Shown: positions 1 to 10,740, counted from the stretch's first letter. The stretch is 64,000 nucleotides of DNA from an uncultured Actinomycetota bacterium (GCA_963769435.1 CAVYLN010000001.1:959768-1023767); one strand, 5' to 3'. Translations and numbers: made by a program. Notes: generated by a model from the letters alone, not told the origin.

Positions 1-754
1 GCATGGGCGCACCCTTGAGCTGCTTGCGCAGGTTCGCCGGGAACGCCGGCAGCATCGCGGCGAACTTCGGGTTCGACGGGGTGCCGCCGGGGATCTTGTA
101 CCCCTTGACGTCCCAGGGCTGGGCGGCGTCCGGGTTGGCCTTGATCCAGGCCTTCGCCGCCGGGAGCAGCTCCGCGGGGTCGCTGACGAGTTCGTCGACG
201 AGTCCCACCTCGAGCGCGGCCGCCGGCTTGCGGCGCTGGCCCTGCAGGAGGACCTCCATGAGCGCCTTCTGCAGCCCGAACATCCGCACGGTGCGAGCCA
301 CACCGCCACCACCGGGTAGCAGCCCCAGGCTCACCTCCGGCAGACCGATCTCACTGCCCTTGACGTCCAGGGCGATCCGGTGGTGGCAGGACAGGGCGAT
401 CTCCAGTCCGCCGCCGAGCGCCGCTCCGTTGATCGCGGCGACCACGGGCTTGCCCATGGTCTCCAGCTGGCGGGTCAGCGCCTTGAAGTGCTGCAACTGC
501 TCGGTGAGCGCTTGCGCATCGGCGGGTGTGGCCTGACTCAGCAGCGTCAGGTCACCACCGGCGAAGAAGGTCTTCTTCCCGCTGGTGATCACGACACCCG
601 CGATGCCGTCCTTCTCCGCGAGCAGTCGTTCCACCGTCTGCTCGAAACTGCTCTGGAACGTCGCGTTCATCGTGTTGGCGCCCTGATCCGGGTCGTCCAT
701 CGTCAAGGTGACGATGCCGTCGGCGTCTGCGTCCCAAGCGATCATGTTCGTCAT
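1..754 (-). CDS. fadB: Fatty-acid oxidation multifunctional enzyme alpha subunit (enoyl-CoA hydratase/3-hydroxyacyl-CoA dehydrogenase), 3' end runs off window
   Basis: Manual translation from ATG at 754: MTNMIAWDADADGIVTLTMDDPDQGANTMN...SGKKTFFAGGDL...AAINGAALGGGLEIAL (crotonase motifs); directly downstream of thiolase; absent from ORF track because it is open-ended. Confidence 0.9.
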   Translation of the reverse strand, partial: MTNMIAWDADADGIVTLTMDDPDQGANTMNATFQSSFEQTVERLLAEKDGIAGVVITSGKKTFFAGGDLTLLSQATPADAQALTEQLQHFKALTRQLETMGKPVVAAINGAALGGGLEIALSCHHRIALDVKGSEIGLPEVSLGLLPGGGGVARTVRMFGLQKALMEVLLQGQRRKPAAALEVGLVDELVSDPAELLPAAKAWIKANPDAAQPWDVKGYKIPGGTPSNPKFAAMLPAFPANLRKQLKGAPM

Positions 755-758
755 ATCC

Positions 759-1973
759 TCAGACCCTCTCGACGATCGTGGCCACACCCATGCCGCCCCC
801 GATGCACAACGTGACCAAGCCGTAGCGGCCCCCGGAGCGCTCCAGCTCGTCGACGACCGTGCCGAGGATCATGGCACCGGTGGCTCCGAGCGGGTGTCCC
901 ATGGAGATCGCACCACCGTTGATGTTGACCTTCTCCATGGGCAGGTCGAAGTCCTTCACCCACTTCAGAACGACAGCGGCGAAGGCCTCGTTGAGCTCCC
1001 AGACGTCGATGTCGTCGACGGTCAGTCCCGCAGTATCAAGCGCCTTGCGGGTGGCCGGCGTGGGACCGGTCAGCATGATCGTGGGATCGGCGCCGGAAAC
1101 CGCGGTGGCGACGATACGCGCGCGGGGAGCCATCCCGAAGTCCTTGCCGACCTGCTCGTTCCCGACGACGACGAGCGCCGCACCGTCGACGATGCCCGAC
1201 GAGTTGCCGGGAGTGTGTACGTGGTTGATCGACTCGACCCAGTGGAACTTCTGCAGTGCCACCGCGTCGAATCCGCCCATCTCGCCGATTCCCGCGAACG
1301 AGGGTTTGAGTCTGGCGAGCGTCTCCATGGTGGTGTCCGGACGCATGTGCTCGTCGTGGTCCAGCAGTGTCACCCCGTTGCGGTCCTTGACAGGCACCAC
1401 CGATTTGGCGAAGTGCCCGGAACCCCAAGCCGCGGCGGTCCGCTGCTGGGACTGCAGCGCGTACGCATCGACATCCTCACGGGTGAAACCCTCCGTGGTC
1501 GCGATCAGGTCGGCGCTGATGCCCTGCGGAACGAAGTAGGTGTCGTAGGCGGTCTCGGGGTCCATCGCCCACGCGCCGCCGTCCGAACCCATGGGCACCC
1601 TGCTCATGGACTCGACCCCGCCGGCGATGATCAACTGGTCCCAGCCCGAACGCACTTTCTGTGCCGCGATGTTGACGGCCTCGAGCGCCGAGGCGCAGAA
1701 GCGGTTGATCTGGGTACCGGCGACGGTGTCCGGCAACCCGGCGAAGATCGCGGCGGTCTTGGCGATATCAGCACCCTGGTCCCCGACGGGCGACACACAG
1801 CCGAGCACCACGTCGTCGATGGCGTTGGTGTCCATGTCCGGATGACGGGTACGCAGTTCATCGATCAGTCCGGTCACCAGGGTGACCGGCTTGACCCCAT
1901 GCAGGGATCCGTTCGCCTTACCGCGGCCGCGGGGGGTTCGGATCGCGTCATAGATGTACGCTTCGGTGGCCAT
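759..1973 (-). CDS. fadA: Acetyl-CoA C-acyltransferase (thiolase)
   Basis: [22 protein letters not shown] and CIGGGMG thiolase motifs. Confidence 0.95.
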   Translation of the reverse strand: MATEAYIYDAIRTPRGRGKANGSLHGVKPVTLVTGLIDELRTRHPDMDTNAIDDVVLGCVSPVGDQGADIAKTAAIFAGLPDTVAGTQINRFCASALEAVNIAAQKVRSGWDQLIIAGGVESMSRVPMGSDGGAWAMDPETAYDTYFVPQGISADLIATTEGFTREDVDAYALQSQQRTAAAWGSGHFAKSVVPVKDRNGVTLLDHDEHMRPDTTMETLARLKPSFAGIGEMGGFDAVALQKFHWVESINHVHTPGNSSGIVDGAALVVVGNEQVGKDFGMAPRARIVATAVSGADPTIMLTGPTPATRKALDTAGLTVDDIDVWELNEAFAAVVLKWVKDFDLPMEKVNINGGAISMGHPLGATGAMILGTVVDELERSGGRYGLVTLCIGGGMGVATIVERV

Positions 1974-2003
1974 GGCCCTCCTTCATCAGGCTTTGGCCAC
2001 AGA

Positions 2004-3196
2004 CTAGGCCGGGGTGGGCTCACCGGCATCAGCCGGTTGCGGTTCCGGCGCCTCACGACGTCCGATCGCGGTGGCGATCTGCGGGAACAGCATGACCGTG
2101 AGGACGCCGGCACCCACGAGGGTCGCGGAGTCGGCTGCGGTCATGACACCGGCTTCGACCCCCACCTGGGACAGGGCCACCAACAGCGGCAGCGCGGTCG
2201 CAGAGTAGAAGACCATCTGCCAGCGCTGGTTGTTGGTCAGGACTTGCCGATACAGGTAGAGGGCAGGAAGCTCCACGCACCAGAAGCAGCAGCGCTGCGA
2301 ACATCACGGGCTTCCAGGGGGCCGCCAGGATCGAGTCGATGTCCAGGGTCATACCCGAGTTGATGAAGAACACCGGCACGAACAGTCCCCAACTGAGAGC
2401 CTCGAGTTTGCGTTCCAGGGCCCTCGTGTTGCCGGGTGCCCACCGCCTGAGTACCACGCCGGCCAGGAATCCCCCCAGCACGATGTCCAGTCCGAAGTCC
2501 TCGGCGAGGAACAGCAGGAACGCGAGCAGGATCACAGTCCACCGCAGCGTGATCTGACCGGTGGCGTGCTCCTGCAGGCCCAGTCGTGCCGAGAGGCCCC
2601 GGCGCCGGGCCCGTCGCAGGACCCTCAGGACGAGGTACACCGCGATCGCCATCCCGAACAGCGCGATGATGCCGCCGATCGCCCCGGTCGAACTGAGCAG
2701 CAGGGCCATCGCGACGATCGGGAAGAATTCCCCGACAGCGCCCGCGGCGAACACGAAGGGTCCCAACGCAGTGCCCAAGGGTTCCGTTGTCCCGCAGGAT
2801 CGGCAGGAGGGTTCCGAGGGCGGTCGTCGTCAAGGCGATCATCACCTCGATGTCGCCGTCGATGGTCTCGAAGCGCTGAGCCAGTAGCACCAGAGCCGTC
2901 GCGAGCAGCGCTGTGATGAACCAGGCCCGGATCGCGATCTTCCCGGGTATCTGCCGGAACAGCGCGATCTCGAGTTCGTAGCCGGCCAGAAGGAACAGGA
3001 ACCCCAGACCGAGTTGCGAGAGGACCTCGATCTGGTCCGGATCGGCGAAGTCGAGGACCTCGGGACCGATCAGAATGCCGCCGAGGAGCAGGAAGACGAC
3101 CTGTGGGATCGACGGTCCGGGCAGCACCGCTGTGAGGATCGGGGCGACACCTGCGATCACAGCGACCGCGAACAGGGACTCGAGCAGGGACGGCAT
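2004..3196 (-). CDS. Cation:proton antiporter (CPA2 family), reconstructed across two frameshifts (~2775, ~2275)
   Basis: Three consecutive hydrophobic frames: LGLGFLFLLAGYE, ALTTTALGTLLPIL, LDIVLGGFLAG, FVPVFFINSG, FYSATALPLLVAL. Confidence 0.85.
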
Positions 3197-3311
3197 GCTG
3201 CCCAGCATGTAGCACGAACGGCGGTTTGCCCCGGTTCCCGCACCGGTGGCGCGACCGGGGACCGCAGCGCGGGCGCACCCTGGGCGGTACCGCCCAGGGT
3301 GCGCCTACGAA

Positions 3312-3719
3312 CTAGCCGGCAAGAGCCTCTTGCAGTTTCGTGGTGCACTCCTGGACCCGGGTCGCCTTCGACGGGTCTTCGGTGAGTTCCGCAGCCAGTT
3401 GCGAAGCGGTGTCCTGCAGTTCCTGCGCCTTGGTCTGCAGTTCGGAGGCGTTGACCGACGTCGGGTCGTCGATGAGTTTCTTCGCCTCGGCGGCGTACTC
3501 GTCCACCTTCTTGCAGTACTCCTCGACCGCGGAACCGGCCGTCATGGCGTCGTCAGTGGCCTCCATGCTGGCGTCCTCGGTGGGCTCCATGGCATCGGTT
3601 GGCTCTGCTTGCGTGGCGGCTGGCGCCGTCTCGGCGGTGGTGCTGTCGCCACCACCACACGCTGCGAGCCCGCCGAACAGTAGGGGCACCACCACAACGA
3701 TCCCAAGTAGTTTCTTCAT
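3312..3719 (-). CDS. Putative lipoprotein with acidic Ala/Thr/Glu linker and small helical domain (two Cys)
   Basis: MKKLLGIVVVVPLLFGGLAAC lipobox; GGAGGCAGGA SD-like sequence upstream. Confidence 0.75.
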   Translation of the reverse strand: MKKLLGIVVVVPLLFGGLAACGGGDSTTAETAPAATQAEPTDAMEPTEDASMEATDDAMTAGSAVEEYCKKVDEYAAEAKKLIDDPTSVNASELQTKAQELQDTASQLAAELTEDPSKATRVQECTTKLQEALAG

Positions 3720-3833
3720 TTCCTGCCTCCCAGCCTCGGAGCGGCCGACTTTACCGGAGGAAGGGGCCTCACCCAAGCCGCCGAACGGCCAGTCTCGGAT
3801 GACTTCCGTTCCACCTGTCAAGAGCCCCCGGAC

Positions 3834-4544
3834 CTATCGCGGACGCCGGTCCTCGGTCCACTGGCGACCGTCCCACCAGCGCAGTTGGCCCGGGTCCTCC
3901 GGGTCTGGGTACCAGGAGCCGACCGCGGTCGGCCCACCAGCCTGCGCTCCGGTGGCCGGAGCATGTCCCGCGGCCGGGGCCATGCCGTAGTAGTCCATGG
4001 CCCCGCCCTGGACGGGTTTGGGCCGGCCGAGCACCGCTGCGACGATCAGCCACACCACACCCGCGATCGAGAGCACCACACCGGTGATGGCCAGTCCCGT
4101 CCAGCCGAAGACACCGCTGAGCGTGTCGGTGAGGGAGGGGCCGAGGACCAGACTTGCGTTGCCGCTGGGGGTGTCGACGGTGTAGGTGCCGGGCGTGTCC
4201 ACCTCGAACGAGACCACCCCCACGTACGTCGTCGAGCCCAGTGTCACGGTGGTCCGGGAGGCCCCGCACGAGATGCAGGTGGTCCGCACCGCCCCGCCCG
4301 GACCGGTGACCGCGATGCTGTCCTGGTCGATGGTGACCCGGGCCGTCTGCTCCGGCAACAGGCCGGCATTCTCGTAGACCACGTACTTCCCGGGATCCAG
4401 CACCTGCGACGTCGAGCCGGGGGCCGTCCAGGGTTCGCCGATCGTCTGCAGCGACGACGCGACACCCCCGACGGCATTGGCGACACCCACCGCGAACATC
4501 ACGACACCCACCAGGATCAGGCCGATCGGAAGCACCTTGCGCAT
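3834..4544 (-). CDS. DUF2510-domain membrane protein
   Basis: Two TM segments; C-terminal WYPDPEDPGQLRWWDGRQWT is the DUF2510 signature. Confidence 0.85.
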   Translation of the reverse strand: MRKVLPIGLILVGVVMFAVGVANAVGGVASSLQTIGEPWTAPGSTSQVLDPGKYVVYENAGLLPEQTARVTIDQDSIAVTGPGGAVRTTCISCGASRTTVTLGSTTYVGVVSFEVDTPGTYTVDTPSGNASLVLGPSLTDTLSGVFGWTGLAITGVVLSIAGVVWLIVAAVLGRPKPVQGGAMDYYGMAPAAGHAPATGAQAGGPTAVGSWYPDPEDPGQLRWWDGRQWTEDRRPR

Positions 4545-4667
4545 GTACCAACCCTGCCATGGGCGGCGGACGTTTGGCCGGACTCGAGCACGGCAACGAT
4601 CTCCGGCAAGGACTCTCACGAGGGCGGCCATCACCCTCCCGCAACCTCGGATACCGGCGTAGGCTCG

Positions 4668-6065
4668 ATGCCTGTGAGCGATTTCGACGACTTCATCGAC
4701 GGCTTCTACCCGTACCGCAAGCAGACCACCAACTACCGGCGCATCCCGGACGAGGCGCGCGACCGCGCGGAGGTCCTGGCGGAGATCACTTCGATGGCCC
4801 GGCGGGAGGACGCGACCGGCGACGAGGGCAAGGTGTCCGGAAGCCTCTACAGCGGCGACCACGAGCACTACGCCTACCTCGGGGACGTGTTCTCGGAGTT
4901 CTCGCACGCGAACGTGCTGCAGCGGGACATGTACCCGTCGGCGACCAAGTTCGAGGGCGAGATCATCGCGATGGTGCTGGACCTGCTCAACGGCGATGCC
5001 AACGCCTGCGGGGTGGTCACCAGCGGCGGCTCCGAGAGCCTGATCACGGCGCTGTACACCTACCGCGAGGTGGCCCGGGAGGCAGGTGTGACGAAACCCA
5101 ACGTCGTCATGCCGGTCACCGCGCACGTCGCGCTCGACAAGGGCGCGTACTGGATGGACATCGAGGTGCGCCACGCCCCGCTGACCGACGAGTACACCGC
5201 GGACGTGGCCGCCATGGCCGATCTGATCGATGATCAGACGATCGCCCTTGTCGGATCGGCCGGCGACTACGGGCACGGCCTGATCGACCCGATCGAAGAG
5301 ATCGCGGCATTGGCCGCCGAGCGGGGGATCGGCATGCACGTCGACGGTTGTCTGGGTGGGCTGCTGTGGCCTTGGGCCGAAGCCCTGGGCTACGACATTC
5401 CGCTGTGGGACTTCCGGGTGCCCGGCGTGACGTCGATCTCGGCCGACACCCACAAGTACGGCTACGCGCTGAAGGGCACGTCCACGTTGCTGTACCGCAG
5501 CAAGGACCTGCGCAGGCACCAGTACTTCACCTACCCGGATTGGCCCGGCGGCCTGTACCTGTCCCCCGGTCTCGCCGGCTCGCGCTCGGGCGGGCTGATC
5601 GCGGCGACGTGGGCGGCGATGGTCACGACCGGTCGCCAGGGGTACCTCGACGCCGCTCGCGGAATCCTCGAGACCGCGAGCACGATCCGGGAGGGCATCG
5701 AGGACATCGACGGGCTGCAGGTGATCGGCGATCCGAAGTTCCTGATCGCGTTCATGGCCGACCGCGACGACATCGACATCTACCTGGTCAACGACGCGCT
5801 GAAGAAGGCCGGGTGGCGGATGAACGCGCTGCAGTTGCCGGCCGCACTGCACTTCTGCGTCACGCGGCCGAACACCAAACCCGGCGTGGCGGAGGCGTTC
5901 CTGGCGGACTTGCGCGCGGCCGTCGAGTACGCGCAGGCCAACGTCGGCACACCTGCTGCCAGCGGGGCGATGTACGGCTTCGGTCACACCCCACAGGGCA
6001 ACGAGACCATCAACGCATTGATGTCGGGCGTGCTCGACGCTATGCACGAGGTGGCTCCGGAGTGA
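4668..6065 (+). CDS. Sphingosine-1-phosphate lyase-like PLP-dependent enzyme (group II decarboxylase fold)
   Basis: VTSGGSES, HVDGCLGG, SISADTHKYGY (PLP Lys), WPGGLYLSPGLAGSRSG; start may be GTG 4674. Confidence 0.85.
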   Translation: MPVSDFDDFIDGFYPYRKQTTNYRRIPDEARDRAEVLAEITSMARREDATGDEGKVSGSLYSGDHEHYAYLGDVFSEFSHANVLQRDMYPSATKFEGEIIAMVLDLLNGDANACGVVTSGGSESLITALYTYREVAREAGVTKPNVVMPVTAHVALDKGAYWMDIEVRHAPLTDEYTADVAAMADLIDDQTIALVGSAGDYGHGLIDPIEEIAALAAERGIGMHVDGCLGGLLWPWAEALGYDIPLWDFRVPGVTSISADTHKYGYALKGTSTLLYRSKDLRRHQYFTYPDWPGGLYLSPGLAGSRSGGLIAATWAAMVTTGRQGYLDAARGILETASTIREGIEDIDGLQVIGDPKFLIAFMADRDDIDIYLVNDALKKAGWRMNALQLPAALHFCVTRPNTKPGVAEAFLADLRAAVEYAQANVGTPAASGAMYGFGHTPQGNETINALMSGVLDAMHEVAPE

Positions 6066-7654
6066 CGTGGATCCTGGCCATCGATCTGGGCACCGGCGGA
6101 CCGAAGGTCGCGGCGGTCGACGAAGCGGGCCGAATCCTGGCAACGGCGTTCAAACCGGTGTCGGTGCACGTGGGCCGGGACGGGGCCGCCACGCAGGACG
6201 CGATCGAGTGGGAAGTGGCGCTGCGCGCCGCCATCGCGGAAGTCATCGAGGACCAGGAGCATGACGCCCTCAAGGCGATAGGGATAACAGGTCAATGGGC
6301 ATCCACGGTGCCGGTCGGCCACGATGACGCGCCCGTCGGCCCGGTTCTGTTGTGGTCGGACACCCGGTCGCGGTCGAACATGGCCCGAGTCGTGGGCGGA
6401 CCCCTGAACGTCGGGGGCTACGCCCCGCAGAAGGTGCTGCCGTGGCTGCGTGCGACCGGCGCTGCGCCCAGCCCGTCGGGGGCCGATCCCACCGGCCACG
6501 CGCTGCTGCTGCAGAACGAACTCAAGGAGATCGGGGACCGGTGCCGGGTCCTGCTCGAACCCGTCGACTACGTGGCTTTCCTCCTGACCGGTCGGGCGGC
6601 CGCCACCCCCGCCTCGATGACCGCTTCGTGGCTCACCGACAACCACATCGGCGGCGAACCCGAGTACCTCGACGACCTGGTCCGGCGTTCGGGGCGCAAG
6701 CGCGAGTGGCTTCCCGAGTTGCTCCCGACCGGTTCCGTCCAGGGCCCTCTGCTGCCGGAGCCCGCACAGCGACTGGGGATCAAGGCCGGGGTACCGGTCG
6801 TGTGCGGGATCCCTGACATCCATGCCGCCATCGTCGGCAGTGGCGCAGTGGGCCCCTACGACACGCACCTGGCGGTTTCCACGACAGCCTGGCTGTCATC
6901 ACGCGTGCCCTTCAAGCGAACCGACATCCTGCATTCGATCGCCACCCTGCCCGGCCTCGACCCGCAGATGAACCTGGTCGGCAACAACGTGGAGACCGGG
7001 GGCGCGGCGTTGTCATGGTTGCGCGAACAGATCATCGCCCCCTCCGACGGCCTGACCGGTGGCGGCAGCGGGATCGGGGCCGACGGCGCGGCTCCGGTCT
7101 TCGAGCAACCGACCTACGACGCGCTGACCGCCCTGGCGGCCACCGCCCCGGCGGGCTGTGAGGGCTTGATCTTCACCCCGTGGCTGGCCGGTGAGCGCAG
7201 CCCGGTCGAGGACCGGAACCTGCGGGCGGCCTTCCTGAACATGTCACTTCGCACCGACCGCGCCATGATGGTCCGCTCGGTGCTGGAAGGAGTGGCACTG
7301 AACATCCGCTGGCTTCTGCAGTACTACGAGAAGTTCCTGAAGCGCACCGTGCCGACGATCCGGATCATGGGCGGTGGAGCGCAGTCGGACCTGTGGTGCT
7401 CGATCATCGCCTCGACGCTCAACCGCCGTATCGAGCAGGTCGCTGACCCCTTGAACGCGCAACTTCGGGGCACGGCGCTGTGGGCGCAGGTCTGCGTGGG
7501 CGAGATGACCCTCGACGAGGCGGCCCGACTGGTCCCGGTGGCACAGGTCTTCGACCCGATCCCCGCGGACCGGGAGATCTACGCCCACCACTACGGCGAG
7601 TACCGGAAGCTCTACGGGACACTCAAGGGGTTCTACCGCCGGCTCAACGGGTAG
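6062..7654 (+). CDS. FGGY-family carbohydrate kinase
   Basis: ILAIDLGTGGPK, LLWSDTRS, FTPWLAGERSP, MGGGAQSDLWC; GTGA overlap with upstream stop. Confidence 0.9.
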   Translation: MTWILAIDLGTGGPKVAAVDEAGRILATAFKPVSVHVGRDGAATQDAIEWEVALRAAIAEVIEDQEHDALKAIGITGQWASTVPVGHDDAPVGPVLLWSDTRSRSNMARVVGGPLNVGGYAPQKVLPWLRATGAAPSPSGADPTGHALLLQNELKEIGDRCRVLLEPVDYVAFLLTGRAAATPASMTASWLTDNHIGGEPEYLDDLVRRSGRKREWLPELLPTGSVQGPLLPEPAQRLGIKAGVPVVCGIPDIHAAIVGSGAVGPYDTHLAVSTTAWLSSRVPFKRTDILHSIATLPGLDPQMNLVGNNVETGGAALSWLREQIIAPSDGLTGGGSGIGADGAAPVFEQPTYDALTALAATAPAGCEGLIFTPWLAGERSPVEDRNLRAAFLNMSLRTDRAMMVRSVLEGVALNIRWLLQYYEKFLKRTVPTIRIMGGGAQSDLWCSIIASTLNRRIEQVADPLNAQLRGTALWAQVCVGEMTLDEAARLVPVAQVFDPIPADREIYAHHYGEYRKLYGTLKGFYRRLNG

Positions 7655-7669
7655 TGCTAGGGGGCACAG

Positions 7670-8074
7670 TCAGCAACCCTCGGTCATCTCGAGCAGCCGG
7701 TCGCGCAGTGCCCATGCCGTCTGCGGCAGTTCACCGTCGCCGAGGTTCACCAGCGCCCTGGCCCGCACGCGGGAGGCTCCCACGGCGTTGCCCCGCCGGC
7801 AGTGGGTGAGCGCGACTGCCAGTTGGGCCAGTGCCTGCCATGCGGGACGCTGGTGATCGGGCGCCGATTTCCACGCAGCCTCGAGGGCTTCATGGGCCTG
7901 GAAGGGCATCCCCTTGTCGAGCAGTCGATCGGCGAGCGCGACGACGGCCGCCGGGCTGGTGTCGATGTCCTCGGGCAACGGTGCGACACCCTCGTGTCCC
8001 GGTGGCAGCGGCCTTCCCAGTTCGTCCCGCGGCCGGGCGTTCCGGGGACGTCCGGACGGGTCGCGGTCACGCAT
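7670..8074 (-). CDS. DUF309-domain protein, copy A
   Basis: RPRDELGRPL, PFQAHEALEAAWK, LAQLAVALTH.RGN motifs. Confidence 0.85.
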   Translation of the reverse strand: MRDRDPSGRPRNARPRDELGRPLPPGHEGVAPLPEDIDTSPAAVVALADRLLDKGMPFQAHEALEAAWKSAPDHQRPAWQALAQLAVALTHCRRGNAVGASRVRARALVNLGDGELPQTAWALRDRLLEMTEGC

Positions 8075-8144
8075 CCGCCTGCCCCTTGGCGCTCAGATAC
8101 GCCCGTCGGACATCAACTGCCTGTTGCAGCGAAGCACCCACGTC
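8067..8144 (-). pseudogene. 3'-end remnant (~25 codons) of a second copy of the 9515-10681 membrane protein
   Basis: DVGASLQQAVDVRRAYLSAKGQADA* versus DVGASLQQAVDVRRVYLTAKGITDA* at the end of 9515-10681; same overlap with a DUF309 start. Confidence 0.85.
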
Positions 8145-8993
8145 AGCGAACTTGGCGGGGTGAACCCGATGATCGTGGTGCCCGGCAAATGGAGCGCCGC
8201 GGACGTACGGCGACAGGCCGACAAGATCGTCGGGTCCAAGTTGTTGAACTGCGGCCACATCTGTGCTGCGCCGCAGGTTCTGATCCTGCCGCAGGACTGG
8301 GCGCAGGCCGACGATCTCCTGGAGCAGGTCCGGGAGTTGATGCGCACCCTGCCGCCGAACGCGCCGTACTACCCGGGCACCGATGAGAAGGTCGCCCGGG
8401 TCCTGGCCGGCTCACCCGGTGTTGAAACGCTGCAGGGTGCTGATCGGCGCTTGCTGGTCACGGGTTTGGACCCGGCGTCGAATGCCAGGTTGTTCCGCGA
8501 GGAGGTGTTCTCCGACGTCCTCGCGGTGGTGCGGCTGCCCGCCGAGACCGTCGAGGACTACCTCGCCGCTGCGACTGCGTTCGCCAACGAGCGCCTGACC
8601 GGCAGTCTCGCCGCCACGGTCCTGGTACACCCGGCGACCAGCAGGGCCCACCCGGACGCCGTGGATCGCGCGGTCGAGGATCTCAGGTACGGGGCCATCG
8701 GGGTCAATGAGTACGGGGGTCTGGCGGCGGGCATGGGCTACACGACCTGGGGTGGCTTCCCGGGGGCCACACCGGCGGACATCGACAGCGGGATCGGCGT
8801 GGTGAACAACGCATTCCTGCTGCGGAATCCGCAGAAGACGGTGCTAACAGCCAGATTCCATCCGCTGGCGAAACCCTCGACGGCGGTGAGCCATCGCACC
8901 TTCGCAACGACCTTCCGCGGGGTCGTGCACTTCGAGGCCACTGACCACCTAAGGGACCTTCCGGGGGTGTTCCTGGCGGCCATTCGGGGGTGA
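8145..8993 (+). pseudogene. Aldehyde dehydrogenase, C-terminal half only (5'-truncated)
   Basis: Begins abruptly at SELGGVNP; retains NCGHICAAPQ (catalytic Cys), EEVF and LRYGAIGVN; N-terminal NAD-binding region absent. Confidence 0.8.
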
Positions 8994-9111
8994 CCCCGTT
9001 GGAAGGTTGGGCCATGCAGTGCCGCTGTGGGGTCCCCGACCCCGGTCCCCGGCAGGCAGGCGCCGAAGCGCTGCGGCGTTGCCGGAACTGGCGGTGCGCA
9101 GCCCCGTCGAC

Positions 9112-9522
9112 TCAGTGTCGGTGCTCGCGCGTGAGATCAAGCAGTCGGTCACGCAGTGGATGCGCCACCAACGGCAGCTCACCTGCAGCGAGGTTGACCA
9201 GACCACGCTGACGCAGTCTTGCCGCGCCTGTGGCGTTGCCCCGCATGGAGTGGGTCAATGCCACCGCCAGTTGAGCCATTCCCTTCCACGCGACGCGCGC
9301 CGGGTCCGCGGACCCCTTCCACGCCGCCTCCAACACCTCATGGGCTTGAAACGGCCGGCCTTCGTCAAGCAGTTGTGTGGTCAAGCCCACGATGGCGTCC
9401 GGGGACGTGTCGAGGTCCTCGGGCAGAGGCTCCACACCTTTCTGGCCATACTCGAGCGGCCGGCCCAGGGCATCCCTGGGCCGGTCGTTGCGCGGCCGAC
9501 CTGTCGCATCACGGTCACGCAT
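9112..9522 (-). CDS. DUF309-domain protein, copy B
   Basis: RPRDALGRPL, PFQAHEVLEAAWK; clear paralog of 7670-8074. Confidence 0.85.
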   Translation of the reverse strand: MRDRDATGRPRNDRPRDALGRPLEYGQKGVEPLPEDLDTSPDAIVGLTTQLLDEGRPFQAHEVLEAAWKGSADPARVAWKGMAQLAVALTHSMRGNATGAARLRQRGLVNLAAGELPLVAHPLRDRLLDLTREHRH

Positions 9523-10681
9523 CGGTGATTCCCTTGGCAGTCAGGTAGACGCGACGCACGTCCACGGCCTGTTGCAGCGAGGCACCCACATCGTCGGAGA
9601 AGGACGCCCGGTACACGGGGTCGCTCGCGGCGTACACGGTCGTGTAGAAGGCCGCGAATGCCCCGAGGAAGGTGGACACCCGGATCAGAGCGCGGGACAG
9701 GACGTGATCCTGCCCGATCGTCCAGAACACGTCGGCGGAGCCGAGGTCCCCCAGCCATGCCTGCTGCACGGGCGCGGTGATCGCGACCACACCGAACACG
9801 ATGAAGAACGCCCACACGAGAAGCCCGATCAGAGCTGCCTGGATCACCTGGGTCGAGAGTGCCGCCACGACCATCGACCGTCGCTGAGGCCGGCGCAGGT
9901 CCGGGTCCCCCACCTCCGGCAACTGGTCCGCGATGCCGGCCAGTGGGGTGGGCGCGCACGCGGTCCGCACCTGCTCGATCGGCGCATCCAGTCGCAGCGT
10001 GTCGATCTGCTCCCGCGTGCGGTCGAGGGTCACCAGCACCCCGAAGATCAACAGCAGACCGCTGCTGCCCCACAGGACCGGCCCGGCGAGGCTGCCCGCC
10101 ACCTGCCACACCTCGGTGTTGATGAACAGGACGATCATGACGATCAGCAACAGTGGAAGGGCCTTTGTGGCGACCGCGTAGAGGTCACCCGCGGACCGGG
10201 CCGTCTGCCGGACCGCCCATCCCACCATCGCCAGCAGCGCGAAACGCGTGACGAAGTAGATGATGCCGAGCAGCAGCACCTGCAGCACCAGCGACGCCAC
10301 GACCGACTCCCACGTGATGTCGACACCCTCGATGCGGCGGCCGTACTGGATCGCGTCGGGAATGGCCCCGGCTGCGATGAAGCCCAGCAGCACGGGCCAG
10401 CCGACCCGTTCTGAGGGTGCGAACCAGTAGCCACGGCGGCGTTTCGACCAGACCCCCACGCCCAGCAACGCCAAGGCAGCGACCAGCACGCTGAAGACTG
10501 GCAGCACCCGACTGCCACTGCTGAGCGCACTCCACAGCGCCGTCGAGAGTTGGACCGCCAGCACCACGATCATCGCCGGCACCGCCCGGGTCCAGATGTG
10601 CTCGCGCGAGTTGTAGTCGTCGACGAACTGCGGGAGTCCGTTGTGCGCGAACCAGGTTTCGGTGCGCCGGATGGGGTCCAC
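9515..10681 (-). CDS. Integral membrane protein of unknown function
   Basis: Multiple TM helices, FINTEVWQ motif, GC3-biased codons. Confidence 0.8.
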   Translation of the reverse strand: MDPIRRTETWFAHNGLPQFVDDYNSREHIWTRAVPAMIVVLAVQLSTALWSALSSGSRVLPVFSVLVAALALLGVGVWSKRRRGYWFAPSERVGWPVLLGFIAAGAIPDAIQYGRRIEGVDITWESVVASLVLQVLLLGIIYFVTRFALLAMVGWAVRQTARSAGDLYAVATKALPLLLIVMIVLFINTEVWQVAGSLAGPVLWGSSGLLLIFGVLVTLDRTREQIDTLRLDAPIEQVRTACAPTPLAGIADQLPEVGDPDLRRPQRRSMVVAALSTQVIQAALIGLLVWAFFIVFGVVAITAPVQQAWLGDLGSADVFWTIGQDHVLSRALIRVSTFLGAFAAFYTTVYAASDPVYRASFSDDVGASLQQAVDVRRVYLTAKGITDA

Positions 10682-10740
10682 GGATGAACGCTAGCGCCGC
10701 GCGGCACCGCCGCGAGGTTCCTGCGGCCGATCCGTACGGG

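Noticed and set aside
7914-8144. N-terminal extension making the ALDH a full 359-aa gene
   Set aside because: This stretch is the antisense of DUF309 copy A and the membrane-gene remnant and has no ALDH motifs
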